Of a stretch of 64,000 bases of DNA, positions 18,459 through 31,413 are shown piece by piece (the first letter of the stretch is position 1; each line of letters opens with the position of its first letter). The position numbers and the translations under genes were made by a program. The notes beneath the pieces are model-generated. The model was not told the DNA's origin. It did not search any database and saw only the letters and a program-made list of their open reading frames with translations. This DNA comes from Epiperipatus broadwayi (taxonomy: Eukaryota; Animalia; Onychophora). The stretch spans positions 10,416,001 through 10,480,000 of the forward strand of contig JAQFVV010000001.1 in the NCBI GenBank assembly GCA_028023455.1, written 5' to 3'.

Positions 18459-21223
18459 CAATAGTGCACAAATGCGGCTCTTAGTGGAATTAAGTGTGGC
18501 TCTCACTGAAGTTTGATTTTACTTTTATTTCACTTTTTTCAATTGCGCAAAAATTTCTAATATGATAGAAATTTTTAATAAATATTGTTATTACTTATTT
18601 TACTATAAATTACATCAGGTATATATGTATATACTATTTTTAAATATATTGCAAACGATATGTTAACAACATCCTCTGGATATTATAAAAATTATTACAT
18701 GTGCAAATGGAGTGATCGCATGTATATTTGATTTGTAAAATTTTATGGCTGTATATTTCAATGATAGTTTTCGTATCAGATAAATATCCTATTTCATATT
18801 TTTTATAAAAAATCTGATAAAGACTATTTTATTAAGCAATTATATGAAGTGTTTTTCCTCAGGCCCAAGTTTTCCAAAGATGTGTACAAGTTAAGAAAAT
18901 TATTTTAATTGTTATAATTAGTGCACTTAGAGTTTCATATTTTTTTTAAACAATTATATAAAAAACTCTTGAAAATAAAACTGGAAAGCAATTGCTTAAT
19001 TTTGGTTATTTTGTTTTTATTTTGGTGGTAAATAGTAACTAATAAAACAGACGTTTAAGGATTATCAGGAAAGTATCAACCAAAAATAAATATAGTCCAA
19101 AAATGCTTTTAATTATTCTAAATCATTTTTATTATTTTATTTAAAGAAGCCCTGTTTCTTCAACAATTTTTGCCCCATTTAAAAATCTTTTAAAACAAAA
19201 ATTCATATTTAGACATTTTTATTTTAATAAATTATTTATTTATGTATTTTATTTGAATTTCAGATTTTGGAAACAAATGTACTTAAATTTTTTGTTAACA
19301 TGACCTCAGAAAATATCAAAAAACGAAAATACAAATAAGAAAATAGCTTTCAGAAAAAATGAGTAGAAAAATTTGCTTTTCTTGAGAATAATGGAAAGTC
19401 GTTGTGTCTTATTTGTAATTTTACAACAGCAAACTACAAAGTAAACAATTTACAATGATGTTACAATGTCATACTCACTTTTTAACTCAATATCCACACA
19501 ATTTAAAATTTGTGAACAGAGTAACTTAAATTATAGCAATCAGGAATCTATAAGCAACAAGGATTCGTGACTTTTTTTTTGTACCAAAGATGAGAGTCAA
19601 CAAAGCTAGTTATTTCAGTAGCTTGAAATATTTCTCATGCCAAAAGTCCATATGGAAAAAAATTTATTAAAAGAAACTTGGAAGTGATTAAAGTTTTGGA
19701 TCCAGATAATACAAAACTGCATAAATTAATTACAAAAGTTCCTATGTGATGCCATACAACTGAGCATTGTATTACTGAAATTAGTAAACATGTTAAAAAT
19801 AGTTGGATGTGTAATTCGAAAAATTGTATAGCATTCACTTTAACTCTTGATGAGTCTATAGCTATACATTCAGGATGTTCCACAATTGGCAAATTTGTCT
19901 GCTATGTATTTGTAGACATAAATGTGAGGAAGAAATGTTACTATCTCTTAGCAAAACAACTTGCAGTATTGATGTCAACAATGCATGTGATGAGGTAATA
20001 AACAAGTTTGAATTGCCTTGTGATAAACTTGTAAGTATTGTGACTGACAGATACCCTGCAATAATATGGAAAAATCTAGCCCTTATTAGTCTTTTAAACA
20101 GTGATCCTAAAATTCTATGTTCTGTACTTCTTCAGTACATAATTCACTGTGAACATCTGATAGTGAAGTACTTAAAATATAAAAATTGTGGGAAATTGTT
20201 TTGTAGATTGTGAATTTAATTATAACAAATGTCAAAATACACTATCAATTTAAGATTGTTTTATAAGAATTAAATGACAAAATGGATGAATTGTCCAGTG
20301 ACCTTTTCTTGTGGTCTGTTATAAGATGGCTATCAACTCACAGTGTTTTGAACCATTTTATGAAACTCCTACATTCTATCATAACTTTTAAAAAAAAAAG
20401 AAAAAAAATACCCATAATTAGAAAATGAAACTTGACTTTCTGACTTAATATTTCTTACAGACATGGGACATTTACAAGCAAAAAAAATTAATAATTGTCA
20501 GAAACTGTTTTGCAGCTAAACTTCAGCTTTTTATGTATGATGTTAAGTCCAGAATATTTAATCATTTTCCATGAGTAAAAACAAATATACTTAATATCAA
20601 AGAAGAAAAATTGGAAGGATTTCAAGCAAATTTCAAATGAAAGTTTGAAGATTTGAAAAATTTTAAATCTACATTTGCATACTTTGTGAATCCATTTATT
20701 TGTGATATTATTGAAGATGGATTTCCAATTTCTGAAATAATAGTTGTCAAAAAGGTGACTGGGAAATTGGAATTATTAAAGACGAAAGGATCAGGCATTG
20801 CAAATGCATCACAAATCTAATTCTCTAATTGAATTTTGGAAACTCATGCCAGAATCAAAATATCCACACTTAAGAAAAAGCTGCTTGTTATCTAATTTCA
20901 ATTTTTGGTACTTGTTGTGATGAATCTTTGTACTTTACAATGATGTTTGTGAAGTTGAAATATCTTTCACAGTTGACAAATCAGCATCTCACAGAATTGC
21001 TGCGAATACCTTTAACAAATTATATGCCAAATTTCAAAGATTTGAACAAATGTTTTTATTAAATGTTATATTTTTTATTAATAAATTTTTATTATATTTT
21101 ATTTTTATTATTAAAATTTTGAAATAATTATTTTGTATTTTCTTTCTCTTAATTATATTTTCTTATATATGCTATATGGCACTTAAAATGTGTGTACAAT
21201 ATATCATCATATTCCCACCACTG
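18459..21223 (+). mobile_element. hAT/Charlie (SPIN/GTF2IRD2-like) DNA transposon with decayed transposase
   Basis: Termini CAATAGTGC...CACCACTG; 8-bp TSD GCATATAC/GTATATAC; MTSENIKKRKY..FAFLENNGKSLCLIC, LTLDES, KLVSIVTDRYPA, YIIHCEHL. Confidence 0.9.
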
Positions 21224-21254
21224 GTATATACTGAACTTTAAATGTAATTAGAAA

Positions 21255-21385
21255 GGATAGAGAGGATTTGAACAGACTTTCAAGCTCCCTTCAGTTATCC
21301 ATTTCATCTTATATAACTGACATATATGACTGCATATATAGCTGAAGAAATCTTGAAAAGTCTGTGTTCAAATCCCCTCTAATTA
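21255..21385. repeat. Short inverted pair of a SINE-head-like fragment (related piece at ~3660-3715)
   Basis: agaggatttgaacagactttcaag versus cttgaaaagtctgtgttcaaatcccctct; B-box-like gttcaaatcc. Confidence 0.5.
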
Positions 21386-21498
21386 TATATATATATGTGC
21401 GTGTAAAATAATAAGTACTTATTAGAAATATATTACACGTAATCCTTTAAAATTATAATAATGGTAAATAATAAAGAATAATACTATACAAATTAAGT

Positions 21499-21860
21499 GG
21501 AAGTACTTTCAATTATATTGTAATCATTATCAACTGAAGCCATGCAGATAAAAATAAAAACACATCACATTATTTTTTCAAAGATTGTGTATATTGATAT
21601 TAGTGAATTACCTATTTATTATGCCATCTTTAAATTGTTTTATAAAAATTGTCTCTTTAATTTTTCTTTTTTTTTATGATATTGATTAAATGTATCTTTA
21701 AAATTGCAAGATTTTTCAAGGTTAAAGAAAATTTGGGCTGTATTAGCTTGATTACTTATACTTTTTTTTACATGATTGTATAGTAAATGGTGTTCTTTTA
21801 GTTTATTTCAAAGTGCATCTTGATTCTCCAATGTATGATATTTTGCATCTGCATAATGTT
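21499..21860 (-). mobile_element. Penelope-like element 3' end (GIY-YIG remnant + pLTR with degenerate HHR)
   Basis: Minus translation CRCKISYIGESRCTLK.TKEH; TTGATAA-TGATTAC-aat-ATAATT-GAAA-GTAC-TT at 21533-21499. Confidence 0.65.
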
Positions 21861-21869
21861 TTATTTTAT

Positions 21870-22170
21870 ATTCCTCCAAATGTAAATCAGTTGATTAATA
21901 ATTCTAAAAATATTATTCTTAAAAAACAAAGAAGTAATATTATTTATCAAATTATATGCGAGTGCAAAAAATCATATATTGGGAAATCAAGATGTACTTT
22001 TAAAAAAGACTAAAGCTAAGGCCAATTATTATACAATTAAAGAGGTGATTTTTAGAAACCAATTCAGATTGTATAATATATAAACAATCTACTAATATTG
22101 ATACACACAGATTTTGGAAAATCACATAGCTTTCTCTTTCCTTATCTGCATGACCGCAACATAATCAAAA
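21870..22170 (+). mobile_element. Penelope-like GIY-YIG endonuclease remnant (inverted partner of previous feature)
   Basis: KNIILKKQRSNIIYQIICECKKSYIGKSRCTFK fits the PLE pattern VVYKIPC.C...YIGET.R. Confidence 0.7.
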
Positions 22171-25100
22171 ATATTTCTACTTAAGTTACATATTATTATT
22201 GTTTATTATTTACTGTTGTTATAATGCTAAACTGTTATATATATTAAATCACAATGAACAGTCGATAATTGTAAACTCAAATAATGAGACAATGACCAAA
22301 CAGTTATACCAAATGTAAGTTTAAATAATAGCTAAATAATGATAACACAGACTAATAATAATATAATACAGGCTAAGCTCAAAGTTATGCACATGCTGCT
22401 ATAATAATAAGAGCCAAAAATAAATAAAAAGCATTAATACAACAAATGCAAAACCATTAGATCAGGAGTTCTCAGACTGAAGCGGTCGGATCTGAGTTCA
22501 ATCTGAGCTTCAGAATGTTACATCTCTTTACCTAGTTTAAACCCCATTACTAATCATGAAGCCTTCCAAATTCTGTAATGAGATTTTATACCCTTTTCCC
22601 TATACGTCTGACTTCAGTTAAAACTGCTTTGTTATTTAAATATTTGTTAAAACTAATTGTGTTATATTTAACTCTATTAATATTACCAATTACTTCATGG
22701 TAAAATATTAACAAATAATGCTATTTAAAATATTTAGTTATTTGATTACATGTATATTACTTATAAATGATTAAATATATGTTAGTATAAGATTTCATTA
22801 TATTGGAGTATTTATTTTATATTTTGCAATTTTGTCCAAACTTTTATGATTAAAAGTCACATTCCTTCGATAAGTTTTAAATCGTCCTTTTCCAAAGACA
22901 ATGGGGAATCCTTCATTAATTATTTTAAAATGACAAGTCAAACTCTAAGGGCGGTTCTAATTTAAAATTGTTTGTATAGATTTTGCGAATTCATTTTCTA
23001 AGTAGAAAATGAATTCAAAATAATGGACTTGAAAGTCTTATCGAGGCAATGGATCGTATTTCAATTAGAGAAATTCCTTTTGGTAACAACATAAAAGCTT
23101 TAGCTGTAAGGCATAGAAATCAGAATGGGTAGGAAATCATAAAAGAGGAGATAAATACCCTGGAAAATTACAGAGGAGCCATTACTTTCAATTTTAAGAA
23201 GAGTTGTCACCGGAAATTATGTCCATTTTAATGTTGAACCTTAACCATATTCGCAGTATGGTACACAACTAACTTCGGGAATCCGATTGCTGGATCCTGA
23301 AGTTCCCCAATAAATCTTCAAATGTTGCTGCTGAAATAGAACTCTCCAATACCAAATCGTAAACTGCCTAAAATCCATAATGAAACTAATCTATAAAATG
23401 AATTTTATTTGAGTTAAGTGCGCACCTATGTTTCCTTCTAAATCTAACCGGACTCTGTGTTCCTGAATCAACAAGCAAGTCATGAAGGACTGATAAATTT
23501 TAATTTTGATTAAATTGCAACTTTCCAATCTATTCATGAACTATCTCGCTAATTACGTTAAAAGTAACTATTGCCTTAAATCTTGTTTATTCATTTAATT
23601 ATGCTTAAAATTATTACACAGTAATTCTCTATATTATTATATCTCTAGTCCTAAATTAATATTTTGATAATTTTCTTTCTTCTCTTATGGCGGTTTATTT
23701 TTACTAACTCTTACTTGTATTTGTTAATGATTATTGACATCATTTACTTGCGATATGATATGCCAATAAGGCTTTCAATTCGATAATGTTTTTGTTTAAA
23801 CTTATCTTAAGAAAATAGTTGCCATATAAAGTTTTATAGCCTACTTCTTATCTATGAGAACTAAATTAATAATAGTTCTACTAATTATCGGGTTGAAAGA
23901 TTTATTTAATTATTTAATATAATTTTACCAAGAGCTGATATAAATTTCATTAGCTTAACTTATAGCTACTATGCTCCTGACCTGGTTCATTTAATTTCTA
24001 AAAAAGATTATTCGCATGTGTTAATTTAATTTCATTAAAGGTTTGATGAGATTTTGTAAGGGAGAGAAAGTATATCTTCTGAGTTAAGCCTGGTTTTTCA
24101 GCGTTTGTGTTTGGGGAGAGCATGATATAAGGGGTACTATTATGTAATTGGGTTTAGGCGTTTGCCTGTCATAAGTTTGATTTTAATCTTATTGATCAAG
24201 TTGTCACATCAAGCATTTATATTATATAATTTGGGCTTTAACTTTAATATTATGACAATTATATTATTTCTGTTCCTAATGTTGCTGGCACGAGCTATCT
24301 TCTTGATTTCTTAGGTTTTGTCATTCCTGTGGTATTATTTTAATTGATTAAAATATAAAACAAATATTATTTTCTCATTCGTTTGTCTCTTGTTTGCAAC
24401 ACCAAAGGTTTGTGGCTAAGTCCCTACCTGGCTTTCCCCCATGTTCCACAACTATTCACATGGCAAATGTGCTTGTTGAAACAAGTAGCCAGTGGTCTTC
24501 TCGAATTGATGACAAAACCATTCAATTCATCTTCATTCCAATGCTCATATCATGCTAATACCGTTTTCATTGATGAATTCAAATAACAGCCCGCGTTTTT
24601 TTTTTTTGCTTTGTAATTCGTGACGAATTGATTCCTTTTAAAATCAAATTATTTTACATATCTATGAAATTCTAAATAATTGTACTTTGCTAGGTGTTAA
24701 ATTGAAATCATACTTTTGGATTTCTCATGTTTTCCATAAACTGATTTATGGAGGAGGGGGAGATAAATTTCACCTTCTTTGTTTTTTTTAATAAATTAGA
24801 AGCATATTTTCTTTCTAGACAAGTGTCATATTAATAGCTAACATGCATAACTCATTTGGTATATATGCTATACGTATTTTAATCACACGTGTCTGTTTCA
24901 TCGGAGCATAGATTAGACATATATATATACCTTAGGTACTTATGCATTAATTATTGGCATATATAGAAAACCGCCATCAGCCTTGTATATTGAAATTTCA
25001 TATTTTAAGACTAGAGATAATTTATGCAAATCATCATCATTATTTATATAATCATTGCTTATATTAAATATTATATATTATACTTGGTGTCTGACCCATC

Positions 25101-26539
25101 ATTATTTATTAATTAGATTAAGTATTAATGTTGACTGTTGTTTTGGCAACCCAAAATATATATATATGTTGATTTACTCAGAGATATCCGTAAATAGTTT
25201 TGACCTGCATTATCTTAGAATCAGTTAAGTAGTCTCATTAATAATAATACCCGTTGAGCTAGTTTGTGGCGCATATTATTGTTGTACAGTCATTATAGGT
25301 CATACTTTGGGGTTTGATTTGGGATCTTGGGATGGGGTTCGAATCCGAACTGGTCTCAAATCGAATCTAGATCAGGATGGCTCGAAGTCCTTTCAAAGAT
25401 CTTAGGTCATGTTGGAGGTAGGATGTGTATGACCGGTACAATACTCTCTCTTAAAATATAATAACTTAAAATTTTAAACATATGATACAGAAAGAGTTAG
25501 GTTACTTTCAAATCATCTTTATCCAGCACTTCCTCTAAAATGCAACTAAATCTTATAATTATCATGATCTTTCTAAATGATCAGATTTAAGGTATAGTTC
25601 TTTATTAAAATATGTTTTCTCTTATGCTCATAGCTCTCTTAAAATAATTTGATAATAAACATAGCAATCTTTTCTCAAATAATTTATAATTAAAATCTCA
25701 GGATTCTTTTATGATGAATTACCTCATAATCAATAATTTTGTTCTTCTCTTTATTTCTTAAAAAACCCAAATATGAACGTGATCATGGTAAAACAATAAT
25801 AGAAATAAGATATGATCTTATTCTTAAGATAATAATTTATTGATTTAAACAATTATTAAATTTATAATTAAAATTAAACATGAAAAAACTCTTATACTAA
25901 AACAATATCACACTAATAGATTTTCTCTTAATTTTCTATTAAAATAAAATTAAGCCATATTATTATCTCAACTGATGATAAATAAAGATATCTTATAACT
26001 TTATCAAATAAATGAAATTGACTAAAGTGATTTAATATTAGTTGATTAAAATGGTTTTATCATTTTTAATTAAATAAAACAATCTTCAGTAATACAATTT
26101 TAAATAAAGACTTTTGTATCATATTACCCTATATTCTTGCACTATCAATGCATAAAATAAATAAATATGATTGTGTGGTAATATTATTAGATTTCTGAGA
26201 CATACAGATGATGATAAGAAAATAGATAAGCATGAATTAATAATTAAAATAACATTTGTTAACTCTTTTAACATTTAATTGCCAAATATCAAGCTATTTC
26301 ACAACTTAATAACTTACAAAATTACTTGAAAATTCCCCAAAATAAAAATAATTTAAAGGAAAATTATGTATTGCGACTTAAAAATAATAGTAATGATATC
26401 CAATAATTAACAGACCCTATTATGGCTTTGATAAATTCAGTAAGTTCTCTCATTTAATACACTATCTTACTATTATAGAGTCCTTAGATGAAAATATTCA
26501 ATACATTAAATAAAATATAATCTTACCAATCTTTGGTTA

Positions 26540-26950
26540 GTGATGGATACTGAAGATGTATACAATTTTATGTAGCCACATAAATAATTATAAATTTCAT
26601 ATCAAATAATTTATCAGATTTAAAATGTTTGGGTATGCTAGCTAAGCACATCTACAAGACCTACACATCAAAATCACTCAGATTAGCAAGTGCAACTGAA
26701 AGTAAGGATGGCATTCCACAGTACCTCCAAAGTATAAATGCCAGGACAGACATGGTTGTACATAACTCATGGCTTTAAATAAATATCACTAAGAAAATCC
26801 ACATTAAGGGATTGAGAAAAAAAGGCAAAATAGAATGATGGCATGAACTCAAAGAAGCACCTACACATGAACATAATGAGTTAGCACTTTGTCTATAGAC
26901 AAAAAATATGAGAATGAATAATCAGAAGAGAAGGGGTTTGCCTAAATATA
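26540..26950 (+). mobile_element. Decayed RTE-like LINE 3' fragment
   Basis: Translation resembling ..RQTWLYITH..LRKSTLRD..AK...WHEL. Confidence 0.35.
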
Positions 26951-27393
26951 ATATTCTATTCTTAGTATTGCAGAAATATGACAAAACTCATTGGCATAAT
27001 AAAATACACTATAAGAATGCTACTATCACTTAAAATAACAATAAACAAATGATGTATAAAATTGATAAAACAATAAATATAACAAAATATAAAATTGTGG
27101 CATAATAATTAAACAATAAAAATATACATCAGTTTCTGAACTTTTACAGCATTTACACACATTCAAAATAATTTCTTAAACAGACAAGTATAATACATTT
27201 TAAAATATTATTCTAACAATATTCTGAGAACTTAGCATGAAAATACCTCACATGACCACCACTTCTTATGCTTGTGTATAATTGTTGTTAAAACAAGCAA
27301 AACTCACTATACATATTGCCACACACAGCAAGCTAAAATAATCAATGGGTGCCAGAAGGCTTGTACATAAAATCCCCATCTAGTGCCTACTCA

Positions 27394-27450
27394 TCCAATA
27401 TCCCCAGACTACTTTCTGGCTTGTGGCCTTCGTCAGTGAGGAGCGTTGGA
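27394..27450 (-). ncRNA. Type I hammerhead ribozyme A1
   Basis: UCCAA..CCUCA CUGACGA AGGC cacaa GCCA GAAAG UA GUC UGGGG aua UUGGA (one helix III mismatch). Confidence 0.7.
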
Positions 27451-27951
27451 TTTGAGAGCACTGCACCTAGATCTTAGGATCTAATGCAACCCTCCAGCAG
27501 CCATCTTTTATCTCCACTTAACTACAAAACTATGAATCTTAAACTGAAAACACCTTAATGTTTTCAATCCAAGACCATTAGCTTATATAGTCATATGGGT
27601 CTGAACTCAGTTCAGCACCCATACATTTTGATGTCTTTGGTTCTTTAACAACCATAGTAACCACTATCCTATGAGACAGGATAAGAGGTGGTGATCATGT
27701 GATGTTTATTGGCTTAAAACCAATCCTGCCTCATAGGATAGTGGTGGCTATAGTTGTTAAAGAACCAAAGACACCAAAATGTATGGGTGCTGAACTGAGT
27801 TCAGACCCATATGACTATATAAGCTAATGATCTTGGACTGAAAACAAGGTGTTTTCAGTTTAAGACTCATAGTTTTGTAGTTAAGTGGAGATAAAAGGTG
27901 GCTGCTGGAGGGTTGCATTCGATCCTAAGATCTAGGTGCAGTGCTCTCAGA

Positions 27952-28008
27952 TCCAAGGCTCCTCACTGACGAAGGTCACAAGCCAGAAACTAGTCTGGGG
28001 ATATTGGA
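27952..28008 (+). ncRNA. Type I hammerhead ribozyme A2
   Basis: TCCAA ggct CCTCA CTGACGA AGGT cacaa GCCA GAAAC TA GTC TGGGG ata TTGGA. Confidence 0.8.
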
Positions 28009-28353
28009 TGAGTAGGCACTAGATGAGTATTTTATGCACAAGCCTTCTGGCATTCATTGATTACTCTAGCTTGCTGTGTGTGGCAAGTGGTGCTTATGTG
28101 ATGTTTATTGGCTTAAAATCAATCCTGCCTCATAGGATAATGGTGGCTATGGTTGTTAAGGAACCAAAGACACCAAAATGTATGGGTGCTGAACTGAGTT
28201 CAGACCCATATGACTATATAAGCTAATGGGCTTGGATTGAAAACATTAAGGTGTTTTCAGTTTAAGACTTATAGTTTTGTAGTTAAGTGGAGATAAAAGG
28301 TGGCTACTGGAGGGTTGCATTAGATCCTAAGATCTAGGTGCAGTGCTCTCAGA

Positions 28354-28410
28354 TCCAAGGCTCCTCACTGATGAGGGCCACAAGCCAGAAACTAGTCTGG
28401 GGATATTGGA
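28354..28410 (+). ncRNA. Type I hammerhead ribozyme A3
   Basis: TCCAA ggct CCTCA CTGATGA GGGC cacaa GCCA GAAAC TA GTC TGGGG ata TTGGA. Confidence 0.82.
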
Positions 28411-29094
28411 TGAGTAGGCACTAAATGGGAATTTTATGCACAAGCCTTCTGACATCCATTGATTACTCTAGCTTGCTGTGTGTGGCAATATATATAGTGA
28501 GTTTTGCTTGTTTTAACAACATGAAAATACCTGTTAAAATCATATATAAAAATTATACAAAAATGCATAGAAATAAATGTATGGCATCTAAAATAAAATA
28601 AATATTAACAGTAATATTTACACCCATTACTAATAAAATAAAAAAGTTCTTAATCTTGATATTCATACCAATGTGCCAGATAAAGGCAATAAAAGAGTTC
28701 TTAAATATTCTACAGACTTTCCAGGATATTCAGGTAACATTATAAACTAAATTAAATTAACACATACAGCAATTGACAAAATATTGTAATACTCGACATT
28801 TTCAGTTATTGTCCAGATTTCTTTTTGACAACAGCTATTCTGATTGATATACAGATGTATATTTTCAGTTTAGTTTTTTTTGTTTTTTTTTTGTGGGGGG
28901 GGGGGGGTAATTTGTTTATATAAAAAAGTACATTTATTAGCATTTCTATTGAAAATCCAGCATCCTCTGCAATGATGGGCTACATTTTTTGAGGGAAAAT
29001 TTTTAATAGAGATGTCCATTTTCTTAGGTAATATAACATGTGAAATGTTTTGTTTCAAGGTAACAATTCCTGTTATATATTATATGGTAAGTAT

Positions 29095-29745
29095 CATATG
29101 AGTATATTTGAAGTGTTTTTATAAATATTTAAAAACCAAAATCATTTACTGTTTGTTTAGTAACCATTTTTTTATGTAATGGCATCATTTCATTAAGATC
29201 ACAAATGACTTTTTTTTTTTGATTGGGAATATCGTTCTTAAAAGTTATTAGTGTGAAAGTCATACATATAGTTAATGGGTTTTTATAAATATTATTTAAA
29301 AACCCAAAACATTTACTGTTTGTTTAGTGCTTATTTAAACTAACAATTTTTTGTTGTGTAATGCCGTCATATCATTAAGATCGCAAATCACTTTTTTTTT
29401 TTTTTTGGATTTCAAATGTCATTCTTAAAAGTTGTTAGTATCCAAGTCATACATATTTGAATGTCTTGTTATTTCAAAACCAAAATCATTTACTATATGT
29501 TTAATGCGTATTTAAACTAACAATTTTTGTTGTGTAATGCCATCATTTCATTAAGATCACAAATCACTTTTTTTTGGGAGAGGGATTTCAAATGTCATTC
29601 TTAAAAGTTATTAGTGACCAAGTCGTACATATTTGAATGTCTTGTAATTTAAAAACCAAAATCATTTACTGTTTGCTTAGTGCATATTTAAACTAACAAT
29701 TTTTTTTGTGTAATGCTGTCATTTCATTAAGACTGCAAATCACAT
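29095..29745 (+). repeat. Tandem repeat, ~167-178 bp unit, ~3.7 copies
   Basis: aaaaccaaaatcatttact at ~29131, 29298, 29476, 29651. Confidence 0.9.
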
Positions 29746-29798
29746 TGTTTTTACTTTTAGCTATATTTAGTCCTGCAACACGAAGGATGTAATAAACT

Positions 29799-29996
29799 TA
29801 CTGTACCCTTTTCACATTCATATCAACTCCCCCTCCCTGATAACTTTGTAAATCTTAACAAAATATCATGTACAAAATCTATGTATTTTTTTTGTCAAAA
29901 AAAGTCGTGTACAAGATCCATATACATGTTATTTTGGTCAGATCCCAAGATTACAGAGTTATCAGTGGATTGATATGAATGTAAACAAGCGCAGTA
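29799..29996. repeat. Small inverted-repeat element (MITE-like)
   Basis: cacattcatatcaa..ctgataactttgtaaatctt versus aagattacagagttatcag..ttgatatgaatgt. Confidence 0.6.
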
Positions 29997-31413
29997 TATA
30001 TAATACATGCTCCATGTTGCAGTTCTAATACCAAAGTACCTAAACACTTTTTGTAAGGTCTCAGAACATGACTATTATTTTTATTTAAAAACAAAAAAGA
30101 TACATTTTAACTTTCCAATAAAGAAGTATTTAAATAATTAGCTTTCATGTAGGCACTCATACATGTTATTATTAAATTCTTTATCTAGGAATAACAATTT
30201 AAAAATATGAACTAATTATTGTTTTGCAAATAACAAATTTTTTAATTAGCTAAAGATTTTCTAACTAAAATTAAATCACAATGCTACTAAAATTAAATAA
30301 TACTCTTTATTTGCATTTAGCCCTAAATATCTAAGACCTTCTCTAAAGTTTAAACTAAAGCTCTTCTATGACATTTCAATTTAATAAATAGATATAATAG
30401 TAGGGTAAGATTATTTTAGATTTACTAGTCTAAGAAGTTAAACTCATTTCTGCCTTAAATCAATAATAACTCTATGGTTAAGAGAGTTAACTTATCAAGT
30501 TAAAATATATGAAAAAGAGACTATAAAAATTTAAAAAATAATCAGTTACGATTGTAAAAGAGGAAGATGAAGATTAAAAAGAGGTAAGTTAAATAATATA
30601 AAACAATAATAAGAATTAGAAGAAAAATAAAAATAATTAATAATAAGAATAAAGTATATAAGAGAATAAAGATATAGAAAATTATAGAGAATTAATAGAA
30701 AAAAAAATTAGGATAAAATAAATAATAATAATAAAAAAAGAAAAATAGAAATGTTACAATAATATATTAATGAATAAAAATAAGGGTAAAATAAAAGAGA
30801 ATAGAACAAAAATAATAATAAAATAATAGATATGAAATAAAAGATGTAATGGTATATAATTAAAATTAAATGTGATTATGAATAATAACGTATAATACGT
30901 ATATAAAAATAATGGTTATATGATTATATGTTTAAATGTTGTGGCTCTGGTGAAGACTTCAGGATAGTCAAAACTGTAGTGAAAATAAAGGAATAATTAT
31001 ATATAAAAGTTGCATTAAGATGTACATGAGGAGAGCATAGAAGAGTTTACAATTATATGAATATATAAAGAAAGAAGCAAAGAAAGTTAAAAAAGAAGAT
31101 AGAATTCCTTTATTTAGTTTTTTTATTGTTTTAATATATATGATTATAGTTAATGTATTATTAACTACAGTGGTAAATCATTAACTCCACTAATACTTTC
31201 AGCAAATAATAACAAAATTAGATTTATGAATATTGATTCTAAAATTTTTAAAATAAATTCTTGTTTGTATCTATTTGAAAATCTTTTTTTTTTTTTCATT
31301 CTTAAAAAAAAAAAAAAATTATTTAAAATTTTTATAAGTGAGTGCTTTATATAAATAAAATATGTAGAAAATACTGAGAAAAAAAAACTATCCCAACTGA
31401 AATTAAATTACAC

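Larger units (their letters stand above)
27248..28520. mobile_element. HHR retrozyme / Penelope-pLTR-like family A: ~1 monomer followed by ~2 inverted tandem monomers
   Basis: 27284 gttgttaaaacaagc is inverted at 28520; inversion junction ~27683; direct repeat offset 402 nt (27952 to 28354). Confidence 0.85.

Noticed and set aside
21340-21370. CTGAAGA..GAAAAGTC as a hammerhead
   Set aside because: No helix II; better explained as a SINE head with a B box
24383-24586. VFIDEF as a viral helicase Walker B
   Set aside because: Immediately followed by a stop; no Walker A upstream
27248-28520. CRISPR-like or bacterial repeat array
   Set aside because: Long ~400-nt units without spacers, in a eukaryotic context
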